This document shows, one piece after another, positions 29,309 through 38,428 of a stretch of 64,000 nucleotides of DNA (its first letter is position 1; the number at the start of each line of letters is the position of its first letter). Source of the stretch: Bacteroidota bacterium (lineage in GTDB: Bacteria; Bacteroidota; Bacteroidia; JABEUT01); contig JABDAL010000003.1 of assembly GCA_013289165.1 (NCBI GenBank), positions 6,726 through 70,725 on the forward strand, given 5' to 3'. The notes under the pieces were generated by a model. That model saw only the letters and a program-made list of their open reading frames with translations. It was not told the DNA's origin and made no database searches. A program made the position numbers and the translations under genes.

Positions 29309-30556
29309 ATGAAAACAACAATTAAAAAGGTAGTTTCTCACATTAGCTTAATACTTTTATTTACGATGCAGGCATCTGCCCAGCTTGGCCCTGTTATCAC
29401 TTGCTGGATACTTAATAGAACCGGGGCCACAGGATATGGGGGAATTGAAACTAACGTTCAGCTTGTGCAATATGATAAATCGAATGTATATGTGAGTTGC
29501 ACGTGTATCCCAGGGTACAGCATTGGTCCATGGTCGGGTGATCCGAATATTCCCAGCAACCAGAATTTTGTATTTAAAATAACCCGCTCGCCCCAAAAAA
29601 ACTCCGGTACACCAGATTCAACAGGATTGGGGCAAATAGGAGTATGGACGAATGGGGTAGTGGCTTATAACGCAGAAGATGGGATGACCTATAATAATGC
29701 CGGTATATGGCACCGCAATGCTTATTACTTTGAGGGTTCCAGTTTTGATGACTGCCTTGGACACCCTGACCAAAGCGGGTGCTATCATCATCACGTAAGC
29801 CCGAAGTGCCTCTATACTATTACTGATAGCACCCAACATTCTCCGCTTATTGGCTATGCATTCGACGGGTATCCTATTTATGGTGCGTATGGGTATACTA
29901 ACCCAAATGTGGCAGGCTCTGTTAAGCGTATGCGTTCTTCTTACCAATTGCGCCACATGGCCCAAAGGGATACCTTACCCAACAATACCGTTCTCCCTGT
30001 ATCGGAAGATGGCCCGGCTGTGAGTGCATCCTATCCCTTGGGGGATTTCCTGGAAGATTATATTTATGTGGATTCTTCAGGAGATTTGGACGCGCATAAC
30101 GGAAGATACTGCGTTACTCCTGAATATCCCTCCGGGATCTATGCTTATTTTGTTACGCTGAATGCAAGCCTGCTGCCGGCTTATCCGTATGTTTTGGGCC
30201 CGACTTACTACGGTGTAGTGCAGGCAGGGAATACAGGCCCTAAGAGTGGACACAATACACCCGTCGATTCCACTACGTTGTATACTGCAGTCAAAAATGT
30301 AAAGAAGCAAATCAACCTTTCTCTAGACCCTAACCCGGTGACCGACTATGCTTACTTTTATATTGACCCTGCAAGCGACAACAATATTTCCGGAGGCCTT
30401 TACGATGCAACCGGTAAACTGTTGAAATCATATCAAATGTTGCAGCCAAGTATGAGCTATTCTATTAATTTTACTAATTATCCACCGGGAGTTTATTTCC
30501 TGCATTTGCAAACAGTTAATACATCTTTTACTAAGAAGATTATTAAAATACAATGA
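29309..30556 (+). CDS. YHYH-domain protein with a T9SS (Por) C-terminal sorting domain
   Basis: Signal peptide; YHYH-type motifs GCYHHHVSPKC and GYAFDGYPIYG. The last ~80 aa (..LDPNPVTDYAYFYI..GVYFLHLQT..KKIIKIQ) look like a T9SS CTD. Confidence 0.7.
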   Translation: MKTTIKKVVSHISLILLFTMQASAQLGPVITCWILNRTGATGYGGIETNVQLVQYDKSNVYVSCTCIPGYSIGPWSGDPNIPSNQNFVFKITRSPQKNSGTPDSTGLGQIGVWTNGVVAYNAEDGMTYNNAGIWHRNAYYFEGSSFDDCLGHPDQSGCYHHHVSPKCLYTITDSTQHSPLIGYAFDGYPIYGAYGYTNPNVAGSVKRMRSSYQLRHMAQRDTLPNNTVLPVSEDGPAVSASYPLGDFLEDYIYVDSSGDLDAHNGRYCVTPEYPSGIYAYFVTLNASLLPAYPYVLGPTYYGVVQAGNTGPKSGHNTPVDSTTLYTAVKNVKKQINLSLDPNPVTDYAYFYIDPASDNNISGGLYDATGKLLKSYQMLQPSMSYSINFTNYPPGVYFLHLQTVNTSFTKKIIKIQ

Positions 30557-31296
30557 TGAAAGAACATGTGTTCTATAGTCTGTTTGTCATAGCAGCCCTT
30601 GTGGCTGCTATGGCTTTTATGGTCACGGGTAAAGGAAAACTTTCCATTCAGTTTCAAAATTATGTAGAGGATAAATCCTTACGGCTTGATTCCGTTTCGT
30701 ATAAAAATGTATTGGGGCAACCTTATAATGTAACCATGTTTAAATATTATGTGGGGAACTTTCGCTTGAAGAATATTCGTGGGCGAGAATATGCAACCAA
30801 AGGGTATTTCTTGATTAACCAGGAAGAAAAAAACTCCATGCAAATAAGTATTGACAATTTTCCGGAAGGAGAGTACGATACATTAATTTTTACTCTCGGT
30901 ATTGATAGTATGGATAATTGCAGCGGGGCGCAATCAGGAGCATTGGACCCTGTAAATGGAATGTTTTGGGCATGGAACACAGGCTATGTATTTCTCAAAA
31001 TGGAAGGCAAATCCCCGGCTTCAAACTCTACTGCGCGGCAACTGGAATTTCATATTGGCGGATATAAAGAGCCTAATAATTGCATTCGTGTAATACGTCT
31101 TCCATTAAAGCACGCTGTAAAAATTGGAGAAAAGAAAAACGACATAATAAAAGTACAAGCAGATGTAAGCCATTTATTTTCGGCTCCTAATCCGGTTGAT
31201 TTTTCCAAACTCTCTTCTGTAGTTGATTACAAAAACGCAAGTACAATAGCTGATAATTATGCTACAATGTTTAAAATTGCAGATGAAGGAAAATAA
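30553..31296 (+). CDS. mbnP: MbnP-family (metallo-mystery pair) periplasmic protein
   Basis: 247-aa ORF with an N-terminal anchor. The pattern (FKYYVGNFRL, DPVNGMFWAWNTGYVFLKMEG, FHIGG) resembles MbnP, and a di-haem peroxidase gene follows directly. Recognised from memory. Confidence 0.6.
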   Translation: MMKEHVFYSLFVIAALVAAMAFMVTGKGKLSIQFQNYVEDKSLRLDSVSYKNVLGQPYNVTMFKYYVGNFRLKNIRGREYATKGYFLINQEEKNSMQISIDNFPEGEYDTLIFTLGIDSMDNCSGAQSGALDPVNGMFWAWNTGYVFLKMEGKSPASNSTARQLEFHIGGYKEPNNCIRVIRLPLKHAVKIGEKKNDIIKVQADVSHLFSAPNPVDFSKLSSVVDYKNASTIADNYATMFKIADEGK

Positions 31297-31301
31297 TTGG
31301 G

Positions 31302-32354
31302 ATGAAGAAAAGAATAATTTATTTTGTTCTGTTTCCGGGCTTCTTTATCCTGCTTTTGGCCGGCTTTGCAGGCGACAATAATTATTTTGCTATCACGGCT
31401 AAGGATGTGGAGTTCCATATCCCAAAAGGATTTCCACAACCGGTATATGATTTCAAAAATAATACTCCTACCCCGGCAGGATTTGTACTTGGAAGGAAAT
31501 TATTTTATGACCCCATTTTATCGAAGGATAGTTCCATAAGCTGCGGGTTTTGCCACCAGCGTATAGCAGCATTTGCACATATTGACCATGCCCTGAGTCA
31601 CGGCATAAACGGCCTTATTGGTAAACGCAATGTACCTCCGTTAGAAAACCTTGTATGGAGCAGTTCCTTTATGTGGGACGGAAGAATAAACCATTTGGAG
31701 ATGCAGCCCCTGTCGCCCATTTCAAATCCCATTGAGATGAATGAGACGATTAGAAATATTATAAAAAAGCTTCAGAGGAATAAGGAATATGCCGGTATGT
31801 TTAAAGCTGCTTTTAAGGATAGTGTGGTAAACTCACGCAACATATTACGGGCACTGGCACAGTTTACAGGTCTTATGATTTCAGCCAATTCACGCTACGA
31901 TAAATTTATGAGTGGGGAGGATACTCTCTCTCCTTCAGAATATAAAGGCTTGCAATTATTCCGCGACAAGTGTGGGCAATGCCACAAAGAACCATTATTT
32001 ACTGATAATACTTTCCGCAATACAGGTCTTGCAATGGACACCAATCTCCATGACTCCGGTGTGGCAGCTACCAATGGGCAAATGCTGGATATGATGAAAT
32101 TTAAAGTACCAACTTTAAGAAATATAGAAATGACCTATCCTTATATGCACGACGGCAGGTTTAGGAATCTTAAACAGGTATTGGACCACTATACACAAAA
32201 ATTTACAAAAGAAAGTCATGCGGACCCTATATTAGTGGAAGGTATTCAGCTTACTGAGGAAGACAAATCAAACATTATAGATTTTCTAAAAACACTGACT
32301 GACCAGACATTTCTCCACGACAGGCGATTTGCCGACCCAAGCGGACATTATTAA
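31302..32354 (+). CDS. mbnH: di-haem cytochrome c peroxidase / MauG-MbnH family enzyme
   Basis: 350-aa ORF with a signal peptide and two CxxCH haem motifs: CGFCH (from 31542) and CGQCH (from 31971). Confidence 0.8.
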   Translation: MKKRIIYFVLFPGFFILLLAGFAGDNNYFAITAKDVEFHIPKGFPQPVYDFKNNTPTPAGFVLGRKLFYDPILSKDSSISCGFCHQRIAAFAHIDHALSHGINGLIGKRNVPPLENLVWSSSFMWDGRINHLEMQPLSPISNPIEMNETIRNIIKKLQRNKEYAGMFKAAFKDSVVNSRNILRALAQFTGLMISANSRYDKFMSGEDTLSPSEYKGLQLFRDKCGQCHKEPLFTDNTFRNTGLAMDTNLHDSGVAATNGQMLDMMKFKVPTLRNIEMTYPYMHDGRFRNLKQVLDHYTQKFTKESHADPILVEGIQLTEEDKSNIIDFLKTLTDQTFLHDRRFADPSGHY

Positions 32355-32371
32355 TGCTTATTCCTTTCTAT

Positions 32372-32379
32372 TACATTTG
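32372..32379 (+). promoter_or_regulatory. Bacteroidota -7 promoter box (TAnnTTTG)
   Basis: TACATTTG lies 18 nt upstream of the ATG at 32397. Confidence 0.45.
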
Positions 32380-32396
32380 TAGGGTAATTATACCCC

Positions 32397-33134
32397 ATGC
32401 CCGAAAAGAAAGAATGGTACCGCAATTGGTTTGATTCTCCTTACTATGACCTTTTATATAGAGACAGGGACCAGGAAGAAGCGGATGTTTTTATCCATAA
32501 CCTGGTTAGCTATTTAGTACCCCCGAAAAATGCTTCAATGCTTGACCTTGCCTGCGGGAAGGGAAGGTATTCCATTGCTCTTAATCGCAGCGGATACCAT
32601 GTTACAGGTATGGACCTCTCTCAACGGAAAATTCAAGCAGCAAGAGAAAATGAAAGCTATACTTTGTCTTTCGTTTTGCATGATATGCGCCTGCCTTTTG
32701 AAAGAAACAGGTATGACTACATATTTAATTTATTTACTAGCTTTGGCTATTTTGATAATAAAGTGGAGAATAAAATGGTGCTTACAAATGTTTACAATGC
32801 ACTAAAAAAAGGAGGAATTTTTGTGCTCGATTATGTGAATGGAGAGAAAGCAGCTATTTATTTGCAGGAGTTTGAAAAATATACTGTTGAGGGGATAGAG
32901 TTTGCTATACACCGGCTTGTAAAAGATGATGTAATTATAAAAGAAATCAAAGTGAAAGATGGGGAGAAGCAATATGACTTTAAGGAAAAAATTTATATAT
33001 TTTCAGAATCAAGATTGGAGGAATATATTACGGAATGCGGGTTTGAAATAAAAGCAGTATTTGGAGATTATAAACTGAATGAGTTTGATTCTCTTCATTC
33101 TGACCGCTTGATTATTGTTTGCAGGAAAGTATAA
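32397..33134 (+). CDS. class I SAM-dependent methyltransferase
   Basis: 245-aa ORF with SAM motif I (MLDLACGKGRYS) and downstream acidic and aromatic motifs of the Rossmann methyltransferase fold. Confidence 0.8.
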   Translation: MPEKKEWYRNWFDSPYYDLLYRDRDQEEADVFIHNLVSYLVPPKNASMLDLACGKGRYSIALNRSGYHVTGMDLSQRKIQAARENESYTLSFVLHDMRLPFERNRYDYIFNLFTSFGYFDNKVENKMVLTNVYNALKKGGIFVLDYVNGEKAAIYLQEFEKYTVEGIEFAIHRLVKDDVIIKEIKVKDGEKQYDFKEKIYIFSESRLEEYITECGFEIKAVFGDYKLNEFDSLHSDRLIIVCRKV

Positions 33135-33137
33135 TAA

Positions 33138-34412
33138 CATGACGGAAGAATTTTTGCAATATATCTGGAAGTATGCCTTATTGGACCGGTTGGCACTGAA
33201 AACTGCGGATGGAAAAGTTATACAAATAGTTCGCTCCGGCTTGCATAATTCCGATGCCGGTCCTGATTTTTTAATGCCCAATTGCAAATTGGAGATACCC
33301 TGTGGGCAGGAAATGTGGAATTACATGTTAAATCTTCCGATTGGCTCAGGCATAAACACCAAAATGATAAGGCTTACAAAAATGTTATCCTGCATGTTGT
33401 TTGGGAGCATGATAAAGAAATCACTCTGCCGGGGGAATTTTATATGCCTACACTGGAACTAAAGAATTTGGTTACCCCGGTTATTTACAAAAAATATGAG
33501 GAACTGAAAACCTCCTCAAAAGTTATTCCCTGTGAAAATGAAATTCATAAAGTGTCCCAACTCACCTTATATTCCTGGCTCGACAGGCTGGTAGCTGAAA
33601 GACTGGAAAGAAAAATTGGCCTCATATCATCTAACCTGGAGAAAAGTATTAATGATTGGGAGGAAACATTTTACCGTCTTGTTCTGCGAACTCTTGGGAA
33701 CCCGTTAAATTCTGATCCGTTTGAAAGACTTGCCAATGTGTTGCCTTTTAAAATACTGCATAAGCATAGGACAGATATTCTGCAAGTGGAAGCTCTGTTG
33801 CTTGGGCAGGCTGGTTTCCTGGAAGGAGATTTCAAAGATGAGTATGCATTAAAACTTCAGAAGGAACACCAATACCTGAAGCATAAATGGCACCTCACTC
33901 CTACGTTAAAAGCAGAGTGGAAATTTATGCGTATACGGCCCCCGCAATTTCCTACGGTGAGGATTGTACAGTTTGCGGCTATTATTAATAAGCAGGAGCA
34001 TTTGTTCCGCGAGGCAATGGAGGCAGATGTGGTGTATGATATTGTAAAACTATTTTCGGAAAAGCCATCAGAATATTGGCAAACACATATAAGCCCCGAT
34101 AAACCCTCTTCCCGTAAAATAGCTGCGATAGGCAAATCAACTATAGGAATACTAGTAATAAATGCTGTAATACCTGCCATGTTTATTTATGGAAGAAATA
34201 CAGGTAGGGAAGAAATAGCAGAAAAAGCTATTGAACTATTGCATACCCTGAAACCCGAAAGCAATAACATTATTAAAAAATGGGATTCTATGGGGATAAA
34301 AGCCTCTGATGCCTATGAAACACAGGCCTTGCTGCAATTGCGAAAAGAATATTGTGATAAACGAAGATGCGTTAATTGTGCCATTGGGCATCAATTAATG
34401 AGCGTGAAATGA
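33138..34412 (+). pseudogene. DUF2851-family protein gene, split by a 1-nt deficit in a T6 run
   Basis: The N-terminal piece (MTEEFLQYIWKYALL..HNSDAGPDF) is in one frame and the body (IGDTLWAGNVELHVKSSDWLRHKH...) is in the next. Making the T run at 33267-33272 seven T's gives ..GPDFFNAQLQIGDTLWAGNVE.. as one ~424-aa protein. Confidence 0.7.
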
Positions 34413-34433
34413 TGTTTTTTATATAATAATGTA

Positions 34434-34441
34434 TACATTTG
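34434..34441 (+). promoter_or_regulatory. Bacteroidota -7 promoter box (TAnnTTTG)
   Basis: TACATTTG lies 22 nt upstream of the ATG at 34463. Confidence 0.45.
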
Positions 34442-34462
34442 TGCAAATACACAAAGTAACCC

Positions 34463-34702
34463 ATGTTCAGAATTGTAAATTATATTATTGCCTGGTTTGA
34501 GCAACAAGCCTTTGGAGTATGCGACTCCCTTGGTAATAAGCTGGGAATTAAAGGCACAACCGTACGATTGTACTTTATCTATCTTTCCTTTTTTACTTTT
34601 GGCTCACCTATAATCATTTACTTTATTCTTGCCTTCTTCAAAGAGAATAAAGAATACTTTTTCCCTTCTTCCAATACTCGCACCAGGACGTGGGATTTGT
34701 GA
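34463..34702 (+). CDS. PspC-domain membrane protein
   Basis: 79-aa ORF with a PspC-like core (GVCDSLGNKLGIKGTTVRLYFIYLSFFTFGSPIIIYFILAFF). Confidence 0.6.
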   Translation: MFRIVNYIIAWFEQQAFGVCDSLGNKLGIKGTTVRLYFIYLSFFTFGSPIIIYFILAFFKENKEYFFPSSNTRTRTWDL

Positions 34703-34773
34703 AAATCAACTATTCATTACTGGCATTTTTCTTTCCTTGGGTTGAACCCCCGATGCTATCTCGCTAAATAACC

Positions 34774-34781
34774 TAAATTTG
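34774..34781 (+). promoter_or_regulatory. Bacteroidota -7 promoter box (TAnnTTTG)
   Basis: TAAATTTG abuts the track's TTG start at 34783, which favours the ATG at 34828. Confidence 0.45.
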
Positions 34782-34827
34782 CTTGTCCGGATTCTGCAAT
34801 GAAGCGGAGACGGAACATAAACAGATT

Positions 34828-37230
34828 ATGAACCGGAGGATAAAGAAAGTTGCGGTGGTTGGTTCAGGGGTTATGGGTTCCCGTATTGCCTGCCACTTTG
34901 CTAATATAGGAGTACAGGTATTGCTGCTCGATATAGTGCCCAGGGAATTACGAGCTGATGAAATAAAAAAGGGATTGACCGTTCAAGATAAAACCTTTAA
35001 AAATCGTATAGTAAATGAAGCTCTTGCAGAGGTGGCTAAAAGCAACCCTTCGCCTATTTACAGCAAAGCGTTTTTATCCCGTATCACCACAGGTAATTTG
35101 GATGATGACCTGCACAATATTTCCGATTGCGATTGGGTGATTGAAGCAGTTACAGAAAATCCTCAAATTAAAAAAAGTCTTTTTGATAAAATAGAGAACT
35201 TTCGTAAGCCCGGTATGCTTGTCAGCAGCAATACATCAGGTATTCCTTTACACCTGCTTTCAGAAGGGAGAAGCGAAGACTTCCAAAAGAACTTTTGTGG
35301 TACACACTTTTTTAATCCGCCGCGCTATTTGCGCCTGCTTGAAATAATCCCTGCCCCAAAAACATCTCCTGAAGTGATAGATTTCTTTATGCACTATGGA
35401 GATATTTACTTAGGAAAAACAACAGTCGTTTGTAAAGATACTCCGGCTTTTATTGCAAACCGTGTAGGAGTATTTGGTATTATGGCACTGTTCCATCTCA
35501 TCGAAAAAATGGGCTTGACAGTGGAAGAAGTAGATAAGTTAACCGGCCCTGTTTTGGGGCGCCCGAAATCTGCTACCTTCCGTACCTGTGATGTAGTAGG
35601 GCTTGATACGTTGGTTCATGTAGCAGATGGACTGAAAGCGAATTGCCCCGATGATGAGGCCCGTGCCCTGTTTGAATTACCCGGCTATGTTGCGAAACTT
35701 AATGAAAACAAATGGTATGGGGACAAGAGCGGACAAGGGTTCTACAAAAAAATAAAAGTGGATGGCAAGAGTGAAATCCTCTCACTTGACCTTAAAACAT
35801 TTGAATATAGACCACAGCAAAAGGTAAAATTTGCAACGCTTGAGTTAGCAAAAACAATAGACTCACTCCCTGAGCGCATGAAAGCACTTGTAATGGGACA
35901 GGATATTGCAGGCGAGTTTTATCGTGCCTCTTTCGTTGGTTTGTTTGCGTACGTTTCTAACCGCATTTCTGAAATCTCAGACGAATTATATAAGATAGAT
36001 GATGCTATGCGTGCCGGGTTCGGGTGGCAGCTTGGCCCTTTTGAAACATGGGATGCTTTGGGCGTGCAGGCTGCAATAGACATGATGGAAAAAGCCGGAA
36101 ATAAGCCCGCACAATGGGTTTATGACATGTTGAAGAAGGGCAATACTTCTTTTTATAAAACAGAAAATGGAATTAAAAAATATTACGAAGCTCCCGGTTC
36201 TTCGTATAAAACAATTCCCGGAACAGAGGCATTTATATTACTTGATACTATCAGCCCCGCAAAAACCGTGTGGAAAAATGCAGGCTCTACTGTTACTGAT
36301 ATTGGAGACGGTATCCTGAATCTTGAATTTCACACCAAGATGAACACTATCGGTAACGAGGTATTTGAAGGAGTAAACAAAGCCATTGAACTTGCAGAAA
36401 AAGATTACAGGGGTTTGGTTATTTCCAACGAAGGGGAAAATTTCTCCGCAGGGGCTAACCTTGCGCTTCTCTTTTCTATGGCTATAGAGCAGGAGTGGGA
36501 TGATGTGACAATGGCCATAAAAATGTTTCAGAGTATGAATATGCGGGTGCGATACTCATCTATCCCTGTGGTGGTAGCCCCCCATAATCTTACACTCGGC
36601 GGAGCTTGTGAAATGGCCATGCATTCGGATAAAGTGCAGGCACACGCCGAAACTTATATCGGACTAGTAGAGTTCGGAGCAGGGCTCATACCGGGCGGCG
36701 GAGGTACTAAAGAAATGGCTGTTCGCATTTCCGATTCTTTTATTGAAGGAGAAATTGAACTGCCTGTGTTGAGAGAAAAATTTTTGACGCTGGCTAGCGC
36801 AAAAGTTTCCACATCGGCATACGAGGCATATGATTTAGGCTACTTGCGTAAAGGGCATGATTTAATCACGCTCAATTATTCCCGTTTGTTGGCTGATGCA
36901 AAAGCAACCTGTATAGCTATAGCAGAAGAAGGATATACCCAGCCTGTTCCCCGGAAAGATATTAAAGTATTAGGCAAACAGGCCTTGGGAATGATATATG
37001 TAGGCGCCGATGTAATGCAAAAAGGGCATTACATGTCAGAACATGATAAGAAAATTTCACTCAAACTGGGTAATGTTATTTGCGGGGGCGATTTATCTGC
37101 GCCAACTTTTGTAACTGAACAGTACCTGCTCGATTTGGAAAAAGAAGCATTCTTATCTCTCTGTGGCGAGAAGAAAACATTGGAGAGAATGCAGAGTATA
37201 CTTAACGGAGGAAAGATTTTAAGAAATTAA
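34828..37230 (+). CDS. bifunctional 3-hydroxyacyl-CoA dehydrogenase / enoyl-CoA hydratase (FadB/FadJ-like)
   Basis: An ~800-aa ORF. It has an N-terminal NAD Rossmann motif (VAVVGSGVMGSRIA), a 3-HCDH core and a C-terminal crotonase-like half (..NFSAGANL..). Confidence 0.88.
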   Translation: MNRRIKKVAVVGSGVMGSRIACHFANIGVQVLLLDIVPRELRADEIKKGLTVQDKTFKNRIVNEALAEVAKSNPSPIYSKAFLSRITTGNLDDDLHNISDCDWVIEAVTENPQIKKSLFDKIENFRKPGMLVSSNTSGIPLHLLSEGRSEDFQKNFCGTHFFNPPRYLRLLEIIPAPKTSPEVIDFFMHYGDIYLGKTTVVCKDTPAFIANRVGVFGIMALFHLIEKMGLTVEEVDKLTGPVLGRPKSATFRTCDVVGLDTLVHVADGLKANCPDDEARALFELPGYVAKLNENKWYGDKSGQGFYKKIKVDGKSEILSLDLKTFEYRPQQKVKFATLELAKTIDSLPERMKALVMGQDIAGEFYRASFVGLFAYVSNRISEISDELYKIDDAMRAGFGWQLGPFETWDALGVQAAIDMMEKAGNKPAQWVYDMLKKGNTSFYKTENGIKKYYEAPGSSYKTIPGTEAFILLDTISPAKTVWKNAGSTVTDIGDGILNLEFHTKMNTIGNEVFEGVNKAIELAEKDYRGLVISNEGENFSAGANLALLFSMAIEQEWDDVTMAIKMFQSMNMRVRYSSIPVVVAPHNLTLGGACEMAMHSDKVQAHAETYIGLVEFGAGLIPGGGGTKEMAVRISDSFIEGEIELPVLREKFLTLASAKVSTSAYEAYDLGYLRKGHDLITLNYSRLLADAKATCIAIAEEGYTQPVPRKDIKVLGKQALGMIYVGADVMQKGHYMSEHDKKISLKLGNVICGGDLSAPTFVTEQYLLDLEKEAFLSLCGEKKTLERMQSILNGGKILRN

Positions 37231-37233
37231 ATT

Positions 37234-38412
37234 ATGGACGCATACGTTGTAGCTGGTTTTCGTTCTGCGGTGGGTAAGGCACCTCGCGGAAAATTTAGAT
37301 TTACAAGGCCTGATGATTTGGCTGTAGATGTAATACACAAATTATTAGCATCGGTTCCAAATCTGAACAAAGAAGAAATAGATGATGTAATAGTAGGCAA
37401 CGCGATGCCTGAAGCGGAACAGGGCTTGAATGTGGGAAGGCTTATTTCACTCATGGCATTGGATACCGATAAAGTTTCGGGGATGACGGTGAACCGCTAC
37501 TGTGCATCGGGGCTTGAGACTATTGCTATAGCTACTGCTAAAATCCGTAATGGAATGGCAGATGTTATCATTGCAGGAGGAGCAGAGTCTATGTCGTTAA
37601 TTCCTATGGGCGGGTGGCGTGTAGTTCCCAATGCTGATATTGCATTGGTTCACCCCGACTGGTATTGGGGAATGGGAATGACTGCAGAAGCTGTTGCTAA
37701 TGAATTTAATGTGTCACGCGAGGACCAGGATGTTTTTTCACTTCGTTCACATACCAATGCTCTTGCGGCCATAAAGGCCGGGAAGTTTAAAGACCAAATT
37801 GTGCCTGTTACCGTAAAAGAAAATTATGTAGACGAGAACGGGAAAAAGAAATCAAGGGAATATTTGGTGGATGCAGATGAAGGCCCGCGTGCAGACACCT
37901 CCATAGAGGCTCTTGCAAAACTGAAACCTGTGTTTGCAGCCGATGGTAGTGTTACCGCCGGAAACTCTTCTCAAACATCTGACGGGGCAGCTTTTGTTAT
38001 TATAATGTCTGAGCGAAAAGTAAAAGAATTAAATCTTACTCCCATTGCCAGGCTTATATCTTACTCTGCCGCCGGGGTACCTCCCCGCATTATGGGCATT
38101 GGCCCGATAGAGGCCGTTCCAAAAGCGTTGAAGCAGGCAAATATGAAATTGCAGGATATACAGCTGATAGAATTAAATGAAGCTTTTGCTTCGCAATCTC
38201 TCACTGTTATTCGCAAATTGGGAATGAATTTGGATATCGTTAATGTAAATGGAGGAGCCATTGCATTGGGGCATCCACTGGGATGTACTGGTGCTAAGCT
38301 TTCGGTACAATTATTCAGTGAAATGCGGCTCCGCAAATTAAAATACGGCCTGGTTACTATGTGTGTAGGCATGGGACAAGGTGCCGCAGGGGTTTACGAA
38401 TTATTGAATTAA
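37234..38412 (+). CDS. fadA: acetyl-CoA C-acyltransferase (3-ketoacyl-CoA thiolase)
   Basis: 392-aa ORF with thiolase active-site contexts NRYCASGLE and NGGAIALGHPLGCTGA. It follows the fadB-like gene by 3 nt. Confidence 0.88.
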   Translation: MDAYVVAGFRSAVGKAPRGKFRFTRPDDLAVDVIHKLLASVPNLNKEEIDDVIVGNAMPEAEQGLNVGRLISLMALDTDKVSGMTVNRYCASGLETIAIATAKIRNGMADVIIAGGAESMSLIPMGGWRVVPNADIALVHPDWYWGMGMTAEAVANEFNVSREDQDVFSLRSHTNALAAIKAGKFKDQIVPVTVKENYVDENGKKKSREYLVDADEGPRADTSIEALAKLKPVFAADGSVTAGNSSQTSDGAAFVIIMSERKVKELNLTPIARLISYSAAGVPPRIMGIGPIEAVPKALKQANMKLQDIQLIELNEAFASQSLTVIRKLGMNLDIVNVNGGAIALGHPLGCTGAKLSVQLFSEMRLRKLKYGLVTMCVGMGQGAAGVYELLN

Positions 38413-38428
38413 AAAGAAAACAGCATAA

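Noticed and set aside
34783-34827. N-terminal extensions given by the ORF track from TTG or GTG codons. Examples are 34783, 55566, 29279, 27529, 25748, 57794, 62153, 55216 and 46750.
   Set aside because: In several cases a TAnnTTTG -7 box overlaps or abuts the alternative start (34774-34781, 55561-55568, 29272-29279, 27524-27531). In others the extension overlaps the upstream gene (25748). In all cases an ATG just downstream begins the family-typical N-terminus.
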